24,000 nucleotides of DNA from an uncultured delta proteobacterium (GCA_963822095.1 CAWGGS010000030.1:28933-52932); one strand, 5' to 3'; positions 1 to 8,733 are shown, counted from the stretch's first letter. Notes: generated from the letters alone by a model not told the origin. A program made the numbers and translations.

Positions 1-243
1 AAAATTATGGGTGCCATCCTTCTCGACAAAGCTCCGGCTCGTGCTGCTATTTATACCACCGGCAGGCTCACCTCGGATATGGTCCTCAAATGTGCCCGCA
101 TCGGTATCCCGATCATCATGTCCCGTACAGCTGCCTCTTCCTTGGGACTGGCCATTGCCGACCGGGCGGGAGCGACTCTGATCGGATACGCCCGTCCGGA
201 GAGGGTAAATGCCTTTACCTCCCCTGAACGTATCATCCTTTAA
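1..243 (+). CDS. fdhD: Formate dehydrogenase accessory sulfurtransferase FdhD, C-terminal part (5' end outside window)
   Basis: Frame 1 is open from base 1 to the TAA at 243. Translation ...KIMGAILLDKAPARAAIYTTGRLTSDMVLKCARIGIPIIMSRTAASSLGLAIADRAGATLIGYARPERVNAFTSPERI matches the FdhD C-terminal pattern (TGR.TS.M..K....GIP...SR.A....A...A...G.TLIG.AR..R...F..PERI). Confidence 0.9.
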   Translation, partial: KIMGAILLDKAPARAAIYTTGRLTSDMVLKCARIGIPIIMSRTAASSLGLAIADRAGATLIGYARPERVNAFTSPERIIL

Positions 244-369
244 GGAAGTAAATGTTCCCCATCGCCCTATCCGGAGTCTGCGCTTTCCGGCGCGCGATCA
301 GGCTGCCGGGCATAGGTCTATTCTATGCGGTTGCTGGCGACTGTGAGAAGATGGGGTGCCTCCAACGGC

Positions 370-1314
370 TTACTCCTTTTCCATGCCAAGCTCGATCAAC
401 TTCTCCAGCAGGACGGGAAAAGCAAGGCCATGTTCAGCCGCGGCCTGGGGGAAAAGGCTGGTTGCCGTCATCCCCGGGATAGTATTGGTCTCGAGCAGAT
501 AGAACTTCCCATCATCGGTAAGTATCATATCCGTCCTGGAATATCCACGCAGTTGCAAGGCCCTGTGGGCCTCGACTCCGTACTGCTGTGCCTTTGCCGC
601 CAGGTCCTGCGCAAGCGGTGCCGGACAAATCTCTTTAGAGGCCCCCGGCTTGTATTTTGCGTCATAATCAAAAAAAGTATATCCCTCGCCGGGGATGATC
701 TCAATGAGCGGCAAGCCTACGGGATGAGCATTGCCGAGTACTCCCGCCGTTATCTCCCGGCCGGCAATAAACTGCTCAACCATGACCTTTGCATCATGGG
801 CAAATGCCTTCTGAATTCCCACGGCCAAATCCGCCTCGGTCCGGGCAATGGTCATGCCGAGGCTCGAACCTTGGCAGACAGGCTTCACCACTAGCGGCAA
901 CCCGAGACGTTTGGCAATATCGGCAGCCGTGGCTCCGCTTGTGTCGTCCACCATTTCCCAGTCGGCAACGGGAAGACCGCGAAGCCGGTACAACTCCTTA
1001 GCCAGGTTCTTATCCATGGCCAAGGCACTCCCCAAGACACCTGAACCTTGGTAGGGGATATCAAGCAGATCCAGCAAACCCTGCACCGTCCCATCTTCAC
1101 CGAAGCGCCCGTGCAAAAGAATAAAGGCAAAATCAATCCTGTCCGCTTCGGCAACCAGAGCTGCAAGGTCGGTCGCGGGGTCATATTTAATCACCTGGAA
1201 TTTTTCAGGATCAAGTGCCTTCTCAACCCCTTGGGCCCCACTCAGGGATACCTCCCGCTCCCCTGATTTTCCACCGGCAAGCAATGCTACCCGTAGTCTC
1301 TTTTTTTCGCTCAC
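370..1314 (-). CDS. ddl: D-alanine--D-alanine ligase
   Basis: 314 aa, GTG start. ATP-grasp Ddl motifs: LLHGRFGEDGTVQGLLDLLDIPYQGSGVLGSALAMDK, LVVKPVCQGSSLGM, YTFFDYDAKY, LLETNTIPGMT. Confidence 0.96.
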   Translation of the reverse strand: MSEKKRLRVALLAGGKSGEREVSLSGAQGVEKALDPEKFQVIKYDPATDLAALVAEADRIDFAFILLHGRFGEDGTVQGLLDLLDIPYQGSGVLGSALAMDKNLAKELYRLRGLPVADWEMVDDTSGATAADIAKRLGLPLVVKPVCQGSSLGMTIARTEADLAVGIQKAFAHDAKVMVEQFIAGREITAGVLGNAHPVGLPLIEIIPGEGYTFFDYDAKYKPGASKEICPAPLAQDLAAKAQQYGVEAHRALQLRGYSRTDMILTDDGKFYLLETNTIPGMTATSLFPQAAAEHGLAFPVLLEKLIELGMEKE

Positions 1315-1516
1315 GTCACCACCTCAACGGTTATATTTTACGGAATTCCACATCCCCGGACCGGTTTACAGGCTCTCTGTTCTGAGACCAACATTGTAAA
1401 CAGCGTGTGAATCGGTATCTATAAAAACATTATGAATCGTCGGGTACGGAAAAGCATTAAAAAAATTTTCAGCAGACCTCTTGGCTGGAGATGACTCCCT
1501 AGTTTAGAAAATTTTA

Positions 1517-1545
1517 TTGACAGAATTTCTACTTCATTATATAAA
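1517..1545 (+). promoter_or_regulatory. Sigma70-type promoter upstream of rpsU
   Basis: TTGACA (1517-1522), 17 bp spacer, TATAAA (1540-1545; overlapping TATATA 1538-1543) in an AT-rich intergenic region upstream of rpsU. Confidence 0.7.
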
Positions 1546-1701
1546 AGAAAGATTATTGTCACGAAAAATGGTCAAAAAAATATTAGCTCGTGGCCGGTGA
1601 CCCTTCCCAGTAACAAGACCTGTACGATATGGGAAATACGAATCACAGCTATACGGGAATATTTAAATTTTATTAGAATAATTTGTTAAACGGAGCTCGA
1701 G

Positions 1702-1896
1702 ATGATAGAAGTTGAAGTTCGTGGAGACCTTGAATACGCCATCAGACAGCTGAAGAAAAAGCTGCAGATTGATGGGATAAAAAGAGAGCTGAAGCGTCGT
1801 GAATTCTATGAAAAGCCGAGCGTTAAAAAACGGCGCAAACAAGCTGAAGCACGAAGAAAACTCCGCAAATTCAACCGCATGCGCAGAACCAGCTGA
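1702..1896 (+). CDS. rpsU: 30S ribosomal protein S21
   Basis: 64 aa MIEVEVRGDLEYAIRQLKKKLQIDGIKRELKRREFYEKPSVKKRRKQAEARRKLRKFNRMRR, a typical bS21 sequence; GGAG ribosome-binding site just upstream. Confidence 0.95.
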   Translation: MIEVEVRGDLEYAIRQLKKKLQIDGIKRELKRREFYEKPSVKKRRKQAEARRKLRKFNRMRRTS

Positions 1897-2887
1897 ACTC
1901 GCGGTTTCCCAAGTTCCCGGCCACCCGGGAGCTTGGGAACCTTCCCCACACCTTCTGCTTTGGCAAGGACCTATCGAACCACCAGTCCAATCGAATCAGT
2001 TTTTCCCCCTTTATGAATCGTTCTTCAGATACCTGACCTCCGAAAGACGCCTTTCCGAAAATACAGTAAAAGCATATTCTTCCGATATTTCTTTCTTCTT
2101 TTCTTATCTCAAAACACACGGCAAAAAAAATCTTCTCGAAACGGATAGTGGAACCATCCTTGGCTTTCTCGATCAAGCCCGGAAAAAACAGATCTCACAT
2201 CGCAGCAACGCCAGGCGTATCTCGGCATTGAAGACCTTTTTCGCCTTTCTTGCATCCGAAGGTCATATTGACCACAACCCACTTTCCACTATAGATCTAC
2301 CGCGGGCCGGTCGCACTCTGCCCAAGGCTCTCACCATTGACGAAGTAACGAGACTGCTCGTCCCTCCTTCCGTATTATCGCCGCTTGTCCTGCGCAACTT
2401 TGCAATGCTCTGCCTACTCTACTCCACGGGTCTCAGAGTAACCGAGTTGGTACGCCTGCCGATTTCCGGCTGCAATCTGACCTCCTGCTTCGTTCGCGTC
2501 ATCGGCAAAGGCGACAAGGAGAGGATTATTCCCTTTGGTCTGGTGGCGAAGGAACACCTTGAATCCTATCTCCAAAAATCCAGGCCCCATATTTTAAAAG
2601 GGAAACGGAGCAATTTTCTCTTTATCACCTCTCGGGGAAAACCCATGACCCGGCTGCGCTTCTGGCAGATTCTGGAAGAAATAGCCCTGGCAGCTGGAAT
2701 TACAAAAAATATCTCTCCGCATATGCTCAGGCATTCCTTTGCCACTCATCTCCTGACCCATGGTGCCGATCTCCGTGCCGTTCAGATGATGCTGGGACAT
2801 TCAGATATCGCCACGACTCAGATATATACCCAAATTGACCAGGATCGCCTGAAAACCATACATAAAAAATTTCACCCGAGAGGATAA
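1799..2887 (+). CDS. xerD: Tyrosine recombinase, XerD/XerC family (true start uncertain; homologous part begins near 1990)
   Basis: N-terminal SAM-like domain (FFRYLTSERRLSENTVKAYSSDI) and catalytic domain (LLYSTGLRVTELVRL, IGKGDKERIIPF, HMLRHSFATHLLTHGADLRAVQMMLGHSDIATTQIYT) with R-K-H-R-H-Y residues. The annotated ATG lies inside rpsU. Confidence 0.88.
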   Translation: MNSMKSRALKNGANKLKHEENSANSTACAEPAELAVSQVPGHPGAWEPSPHLLLWQGPIEPPVQSNQFFPLYESFFRYLTSERRLSENTVKAYSSDISFFFSYLKTHGKKNLLETDSGTILGFLDQARKKQISHRSNARRISALKTFFAFLASEGHIDHNPLSTIDLPRAGRTLPKALTIDEVTRLLVPPSVLSPLVLRNFAMLCLLYSTGLRVTELVRLPISGCNLTSCFVRVIGKGDKERIIPFGLVAKEHLESYLQKSRPHILKGKRSNFLFITSRGKPMTRLRFWQILEEIALAAGITKNISPHMLRHSFATHLLTHGADLRAVQMMLGHSDIATTQIYTQIDQDRLKTIHKKFHPRG

Positions 2888-2903
2888 TTTTCGTGTTCAT
2901 CCG

Positions 2904-3047
2904 ATGGGCTGCATGGTAGATTTTCTAAGAAGCCAGGAGACAGAAGAAAAAAGTAATTCTCCCCGACTGCTGTTCCCTGATCAGACTCCGGAAATTCTGT
3001 TTACCCCTGAAACTCAGCCTATCGGAATGGACATTAATGGTAATTAG
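2904..3047 (+). CDS. Possible small protein of unknown function (47 aa)
   Basis: ATG...TAG open frame below the 60-aa cutoff of the supplied track: MGCMVDFLRSQETEEKSNSPRLLFPDQTPEILFTPETQPIGMDINGN. No recognisable domain. Confidence 0.2.
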   Translation: MGCMVDFLRSQETEEKSNSPRLLFPDQTPEILFTPETQPIGMDINGN

Positions 3048-3150
3048 ATCGGAAATAACAAGAAGGATTGGAACTGAGGATATTGATCAACCTGTTTTTC
3101 CCCTGGTTTCTGACTCCTGAGTTCTTATACAACCTCCTCAAAGCAATCGC

Positions 3151-5820
3151 ATGTTGGTAATAACCACCCACCTCAATGCCGATTTTGACGGAATGGCATC
3201 CATGATCGCCGCCCGGAAGCTCTACCCGGAAGCCGTTATGATCTTCTCCGGTTCACAGGAAAAGGAAGTGCGGGATTTCATCTCCCAGGTCCTTCTCTAC
3301 CGGTATGATTTTCAGAAAATCAAGAACATCAATCTGCGCGAGGTCGATCATCTCATTGTCGTCGATACCCGTTCTTCTGCGCGGATCGGTCCTTTTGCCG
3401 CCTGTCTGCGCAACCCCGGACTTTCTCTGGATATTTACGACCATCACCCCGGCAACCCCGGGGATATGGAAGGAAGCGTCGAAGTGGTTGAGGATGTCGG
3501 CTCAACCATCACTATTTTAGCCCGGATCCTTAAAGAAAAAGGAATCGAAATCACCTCGGATGAGGCGACTATCTTCTGCCTCGGAATCTATGAAGACACA
3601 GGATCCCTCACCCACATGACCACAACCCCAACCGACTTACAGATCGCAGCTTGGCTTCTGGAAAAAGGAGCGAAACTCGATATTGTCTCCCAGTTCATAA
3701 CCCATGAGTTAACCACCACCCAGGTCGAACTCCTGCACGACCTGATGAAGACCACCGCAACGTATACCATCCAGGGCATCTCAGTGGTCATCGCCAGTCT
3801 CTCTTTGCCAAATTATGTTGATGATTTTTCTATCATTATTCATAGATTCATGACCATGGAAAACCTGGACACCATGTTTGCCCTGGTATCCATGGCAGGC
3901 AGGACCTATCTGATCGCCCGCAGTCGTATTCCGGATGTCAACGTCGGTATCATTGCCCGGGACTTTGGTGGAGGTGGTCATTCCACCGCAGCATCGGCAA
4001 CAATTCAAGATCTGACCTTGATCGAGGCCCAGGAAAAACTCATCCATGCCCTGCACAGGCATATAAGTCCACAGCCAATAGCCAGGGAGATGATGTCTCA
4101 GCCTGCCATCTCGATCACTGTAGAAACGACGATCAGCCAGGCCAATGACATCCTGACCCGCTACAATATTGCCTCGGTTCCTGTACTGCCGCTTCCGTCG
4201 AAGAATCTCCATGACAGCTCCACCCCGCTGGTTAAAGGCATCATCACCCGGATGGTCATCGAAAAGGCGATTCACCACCATCTCGGCTACCTGCCGGTGA
4301 GCGAGTACATGAACTCGGATATCGAAGTCCTTTCTCTGAACGCCACCCTCGCCGATATCCAGGAGCTGATCATCGAGCATCGGCAACGCTTGATACCGAT
4401 CGTTCACGAACGGCAGCTCAAGGGGGTCATCACCCGGACCGATCTCCTCAACCGTCTGGTCAACGATCCGTCTCATTTGCCGAAAAACATGCTCCACGAA
4501 TCCGATCATCCGTCGCTTGCCCGTACCAGGAACATTACCACCTTGATGATCGATTGTCTGGACAGAAGGACGACAACTCTGCTGAAGACAATAGGAGAAG
4601 TTGCCGACACCTTGGGCTTTAACGCCTTTGCCGTAGGAGGATTCGTTCGTGATCTGCTGCTGAAGAAAAACAATTTCGATCTGGACATCGTCATAGAAGG
4701 CGACGGTATTGTTTTCGCGAAAAAGCTGGCAGAGGAGCTTGGAGGCAGAGTACGAACCCACGAACGGTTCGCCACCGCCATGGTTGTTCTTCAGGACAAC
4801 TTCAAGATAGACATCGCCACAGCGAGACTTGAATATTATGAATACCCTGCCGCACTTCCAACCATCGAACTCTCGTCGATAAAGCTCGACCTCTATCGCC
4901 GCGATTTCACGATCAACGCAATGGCGGTCCAGCTCAATCCCGGCAAGTACGGAACCTTAAACGACTTCTTTAACTGCCAGAACGATCTGAAACAGCGCGC
5001 CATCAAAGTCCTGCATAGTCTTAGTTTCGTCGAAGATCCGACAAGAATCTTCAGGGCGATTCGCCTGGAAAAACGAATGGGATTCCAAATCGTCGACCAT
5101 ACCAGACGACTGATCCGAAACGCCGTGAAGATGGACCTGTTCGGTAAAGACAACGACCCGCGATTTCTCACTGAGTTACAGATCATTCTCTCGGAAGAAA
5201 ATCCCCTGCCGGCCATCCAGCGCCTGGCGGAGTTCGAGCTGTTTCGATTCCTCTGGCCGGACCTTAAGCCGCACCTTAAAATAGACAGGCGTTTTTCCCA
5301 TATCCTGACCCAGGCCTATCGAGCCCTTTCCTGGTATCGACTTCTCTACCTGGGCGATCAATGCTCAGCCTGGATCGTTTACCTGCTTTCCATCATGGCA
5401 AGATCCTCGACCAAGGAGCTACTAACATTCTGTACCCGATATCAAATGCCCCACAAGACGACCGATCTTCTTATAAATCAAAAGGAAACCGCCGACAAAA
5501 TCGTGAGCCTGATGTCCAGACGCAGGGTCCTGCAAAACAGTGAAATCTTTCGGCTCCTGAACAACCTTGAAATAGAAGGAATAATCTATTTGATGGCAAT
5601 CACGAGAAAGAACGACATAAAAAAAGCCGTCTCCCATTATGTTACAACCCTTCGCCAAATCCGTCCCCATCTCACTGGACAAAAATTAAAGGAGATGGGA
5701 TACCAACCAGGGCCAGCTTTCACCACCATGCTCAACGATCTCCAGGATGCCATACTGGACGGAATTGTCGACACTCCGACCGAAGAAGAGGCCTATATTC
5801 AACAGAACTACCCCCTGTGA
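3151..5820 (+). CDS. DHH-family phosphoesterase / tandem CBS / tRNA nucleotidyltransferase (poly(A) polymerase family) fusion
   Basis: 889 aa. DHH motifs THLNADFDGMAS, VVDTRSS, IYDHHPG; CBS pair (PAISITVETTISQANDILTRYNIASVPVLP; VLSLNATLADIQELIIEHRQRLIPIVHERQLKGVITRTDLL); nucleotidyltransferase core NAFAVGGFVRDLLLKKNNFDLDIVIEGDGIVFAKKLAEELGG, RRDFTINAMAVQL, EDPTRIFRAIRLEKRMGFQI. Confidence 0.93.
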   Translation: MLVITTHLNADFDGMASMIAARKLYPEAVMIFSGSQEKEVRDFISQVLLYRYDFQKIKNINLREVDHLIVVDTRSSARIGPFAACLRNPGLSLDIYDHHPGNPGDMEGSVEVVEDVGSTITILARILKEKGIEITSDEATIFCLGIYEDTGSLTHMTTTPTDLQIAAWLLEKGAKLDIVSQFITHELTTTQVELLHDLMKTTATYTIQGISVVIASLSLPNYVDDFSIIIHRFMTMENLDTMFALVSMAGRTYLIARSRIPDVNVGIIARDFGGGGHSTAASATIQDLTLIEAQEKLIHALHRHISPQPIAREMMSQPAISITVETTISQANDILTRYNIASVPVLPLPSKNLHDSSTPLVKGIITRMVIEKAIHHHLGYLPVSEYMNSDIEVLSLNATLADIQELIIEHRQRLIPIVHERQLKGVITRTDLLNRLVNDPSHLPKNMLHESDHPSLARTRNITTLMIDCLDRRTTTLLKTIGEVADTLGFNAFAVGGFVRDLLLKKNNFDLDIVIEGDGIVFAKKLAEELGGRVRTHERFATAMVVLQDNFKIDIATARLEYYEYPAALPTIELSSIKLDLYRRDFTINAMAVQLNPGKYGTLNDFFNCQNDLKQRAIKVLHSLSFVEDPTRIFRAIRLEKRMGFQIVDHTRRLIRNAVKMDLFGKDNDPRFLTELQIILSEENPLPAIQRLAEFELFRFLWPDLKPHLKIDRRFSHILTQAYRALSWYRLLYLGDQCSAWIVYLLSIMARSSTKELLTFCTRYQMPHKTTDLLINQKETADKIVSLMSRRRVLQNSEIFRLLNNLEIEGIIYLMAITRKNDIKKAVSHYVTTLRQIRPHLTGQKLKEMGYQPGPAFTTMLNDLQDAILDGIVDTPTEEEAYIQQNYPL

Positions 5821-5916
5821 TTCCTTGCCTTCTTTTCATTCGATGCTTAAGATTATCCTCACCTCGGCAGGATGGCCTGTCCTGGACCATAATCCTTTTC
5901 TCACGTTATAGTTTTC

Positions 5917-6561
5917 ATGCACTTTCCTGACATACTAGAAATCATAATCCTTGCACCACCCATCCTCTTCGCCCTCACCATCCATGAATTCTCCCATGGG
6001 TCTGTGGCCTATTATCTGGGGGATTCCACGGCCAAGGACGCAGGCCGGCTGACGCTCAACCCGCTGAAACACCTGGACCCCATCGGCACCATCGCCTTTT
6101 TCATCATTAAGTTCGGCTGGGCCAAACCCGTCCCGGTCAACCCCTACTTTTTCAAAAACCCGCGCAAAGGCATGCTCTGGGTGGGGCTAGCCGGCCCCGT
6201 CTCCAACCTGATTGTTGCCTTGATCAGCGCTTTGCTCTTTAAGGCATTTGTAGCTCTGGGTTCCGTTCTCCCCCCCGCGTTGACCGATCCTCTCCAGCAG
6301 ATGCTGTTCTACAGTGTCCTGATAAATGTCCTTCTCTGCGTTTTCAACTTGCTGCCCATTCCTCCTCTTGACGGCAGCCGTGTCCTGGCCGGCCTGCTCC
6401 CGGCCGACATGGCCGCGTCTTACGAATCCTTGGAGCAGCGTTTAGGCTCTATGGGCCTGCTGATCATCCTGATTTTTCTGATGTACACTGGTATTCTTGG
6501 ACGGTTGATCAATCCGATTATCAATTTCATATATATCTCCCTCAATATTGTTCCCCATTGA
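5917..6561 (+). CDS. Site-2 protease family (M50B) zinc membrane metalloprotease
   Basis: 214 aa, multiple TM segments, HExxH-type motif ALTIHEFSHGSVAYYLGD, and NLLPIPPLDGSRVL. Confidence 0.92.
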   Translation: MHFPDILEIIILAPPILFALTIHEFSHGSVAYYLGDSTAKDAGRLTLNPLKHLDPIGTIAFFIIKFGWAKPVPVNPYFFKNPRKGMLWVGLAGPVSNLIVALISALLFKAFVALGSVLPPALTDPLQQMLFYSVLINVLLCVFNLLPIPPLDGSRVLAGLLPADMAASYESLEQRLGSMGLLIILIFLMYTGILGRLINPIINFIYISLNIVPH

Positions 6562-6793
6562 TCACAGCAAGACAACCCCGACATCTTGGCATGGGCTAAT
6601 TAACCAGACATTTCATGCCAGTCTATTGACAAGACATTGCCTGCCCGTATATCCTTGAATAAAGGAGGACTTGTCAGGGGGCTTCCTCTTTCATTCTGTG
6701 AAATCCAAGAGGACTCTTGCCAATCTTGACCCGACAGGCGCTTATACCAAGAACCCCATAAACTTCTCAGGGTTAATCACAGGGGGAATGAAC

Positions 6794-7312
6794 ATGCCGA
6801 TCGACACAAGACTCATAGGTTTCTGGAACCATGCCAGTGTTACGGACGGAACCTGTTTCGAAATCACTCCGGCTGGGAAATACTTCGTTCACGAAAATCC
6901 TTTTCCCTACGAAATCAGTAAGGAGGGGACGAAATTGATCTTGCATGGGAAGGATGAAGACGTGGTCTACCATCGAGTCGGACATCCGACAACCACCATT
7001 GCCGGGGCATGGTCCCACGTCTATTCCGAATATGGCGAAACAGAGACGTTTATTTTCAATGAGGATGGCAGTTATATAAACTCTTGGGACGGCACAGATT
7101 ACTCGATCGGTTTCTTCCAGGACACGGGCAGCGAACTTCGAATTATCGAATATCGAGGCTCCGTTGCTACAGATGGGGACAAATATCGTTACACAGCCGC
7201 CCCTAACGATGTTTATGAATACCGATTCGAGTTCTCCGAAACAGATTCTTTTAATCTATATGATATCGACAGCGGCCAGCTTGAATCGACGTACAACAGG
7301 AAGACATCCTAA
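6794..7312 (+). CDS. Hypothetical protein, beta-rich, possible lipocalin-like double repeat
   Basis: The track opens at TTG 6671, but AGGGGG at 6781-6786 is well spaced to ATG 6794: MPIDTRLIGFWNHASVTDGTCFEITPAGKYFVHENP... then IAGAWSHVYSEYGETETFIFNEDGSYINSW. No confident family assignment. Confidence 0.6.
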   Translation: MPIDTRLIGFWNHASVTDGTCFEITPAGKYFVHENPFPYEISKEGTKLILHGKDEDVVYHRVGHPTTTIAGAWSHVYSEYGETETFIFNEDGSYINSWDGTDYSIGFFQDTGSELRIIEYRGSVATDGDKYRYTAAPNDVYEYRFEFSETDSFNLYDIDSGQLESTYNRKTS

Positions 7313-7527
7313 CCCAATATTCTGATAAGATACGACATTTTACATTGCCCTCAGGAGAGGATCACCTTCATAAACGGTGCTGTAATCTCCCATAGTGTAT
7401 AAAACCGTCTCTGGTCATATATCAAGTAATTGAAAACGACCGTGAAATAGTCTAAATTCTGGCAAAATAAGGACCTTGTCGTGGTTAAGACCCATTTTTT
7501 CTCTTGTTCAACAGGCGCATCAATTCT

Positions 7528-8301
7528 ATGGAACCGGTCAATATTGTTTGCATGAAATGGGGGACTCTATACAGCCCCGAATACGTAAATATCCTCTATA
7601 GCATGGTGCAAAGGAACATCACCCTGCCCTTCCGCTTTATCTGCATGACGGAAGATGCCGATGGCATCTTGCCGGAAATAGAGGTTGCTCCTCTACCAGA
7701 TTTCAAGGAACCGGCCTGGGAATATGCCCGTTATTGCAGCGCCTGGCGGAAGCTGGCACTATTTGCCCCCAGCGTCCTTGACCTCAAAGGGAAGTTGCTG
7801 TTTATGGACCTTGATGTGGTCATCGTCGGGAATATTGACTGTTTTTTTACCTATTCCGACAAATTAGCCATCATAGAAAACTGGTCTCAAAAAGGCCGCC
7901 TCATCGGCCAATCCTCGGTATTCTGTTTTGAGATCGGCACCTGTACCCACCTGCTCGAAAAATACAACACCCGCCACGACGAAGTCATGAAAAACAACCG
8001 TACCGAGCAGATGTATATAACAAAAGAACTGGGCAAGGGTAACTTCGTTTACTTTCCCGAAGACTGGTGTAAAAGTTTCAAGATGCACTGTATGCCGGGC
8101 GGTATCCTGAACAGTTTTATAACACCCACCAAGATTCCGCAAGACGCTCGGATAATCGTTTTCCACGGCAGCCCCAACCCTCCCGATGCCATGGCGGGCA
8201 GATGGGGGAAACCGGTCAAACCATGGTTTAAAAAAATATACAAAACGGTGAAACCGACAAAATGGATCGCTGAGTATTGGAAAATCACATCGGCACCCTA
8301 A
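7528..8301 (+). CDS. Glycosyltransferase-like protein
   Basis: Probable start MEPVNIVCMKWGTLYSPEYVNILYSMV. GT-A-like DxD context GKLLFMDLDVVIVGNIDCFF; late HGSPNPP segment. Family recognised only at the level of general organisation. Confidence 0.7.
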   Translation: MEPVNIVCMKWGTLYSPEYVNILYSMVQRNITLPFRFICMTEDADGILPEIEVAPLPDFKEPAWEYARYCSAWRKLALFAPSVLDLKGKLLFMDLDVVIVGNIDCFFTYSDKLAIIENWSQKGRLIGQSSVFCFEIGTCTHLLEKYNTRHDEVMKNNRTEQMYITKELGKGNFVYFPEDWCKSFKMHCMPGGILNSFITPTKIPQDARIIVFHGSPNPPDAMAGRWGKPVKPWFKKIYKTVKPTKWIAEYWKITSAP

Positions 8302-8347
8302 GGGCCTGTTAAAAAATAACAGGCCCTTAGGGGCTATCAGCCCCTAA
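8299..8347 (+). other. Two adjacent, overlapping perfect hairpins at the 3' end of the glycosyltransferase gene (possible terminator/attenuation structure)
   Basis: TAAGGGCCTGTTA (8299-8311)-AAAAA-TAACAGGCCCTTA (8317-8329), then TTAGGGGC (8327-8334)-TATCA-GCCCCTAA (8340-8347). Arms share TTA. No T-tract on the + strand. Confidence 0.6.
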
Positions 8348-8503
8348 AACAAAACCGCACGCCCTCCTTTTTCGAGGAAAAAAAGAGCAACAATGGCTCA
8401 TCCGGGTTAATCGTACTTTTACAAGGCTGAAATTAATGAGATGGTGAAATTCATCGCTTCCAGACACTGCTCTCCGACCTTATCGCCTGTACACTACGGC
8501 TGA

Positions 8504-8587
8504 CGGAGGCCGTCCCTGGCCTGCTGTCAGTTGCGGACGTCCTGTCCGCAACCCTGCGGGCCTTTGTGATTCCCAGGCGGGCCTCCG
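8504..8587. repeat. Nested palindromic intergenic element (possible dispersed repeat or structured RNA)
   Basis: Outer arms CGGAGGCC (8504-8511)/GGCCTCCG (8580-8587); inner hairpin TTGCGGAC (8531-8538)-GTCCT-GTCCGCAA (8544-8551). Confidence 0.6.
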
Positions 8588-8713
8588 CGATGCGTCCTCC
8601 AGCGACAAATTTCGCCTCCCGCGATATAGAAAGGTATGCTCAATTCGGAAGAACCGCAAAAAATAGCTGCCTGGGCCGACCTCCCATGAGCCGGATTCCA
8701 AGAGTGTAACGAG

Positions 8714-8733
8714 AGGAAGTGGTTCCTTTTTTT
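8714..8733 (+). terminator. Rho-independent terminator-like hairpin
   Basis: AGGAA-GTGG-TTCCT (8714-8727) running into a run of seven T (8727-8733); further A/G to T pairs can extend the stem. Confidence 0.5.

Noticed and set aside
325-894. 189-aa plus-strand ORF antisense to ddl
   Set aside because: Shadow ORF of ddl with no domain signature.
1799-2887. Treating the XerD-like gene as part of a mobile island
   Set aside because: It sits among housekeeping genes (rpsU, nucleotidyltransferase) and has XerD/XerC-type motifs, consistent with the chromosomal dimer-resolution recombinase.
3253-5682. Multiple antisense and offset ORFs inside the DHH-CBS-nucleotidyltransferase gene (e.g. 3781-4761 minus, 326 aa)
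   Set aside because: They overlap a long, well-supported coding gene and show low-complexity shadow translations.
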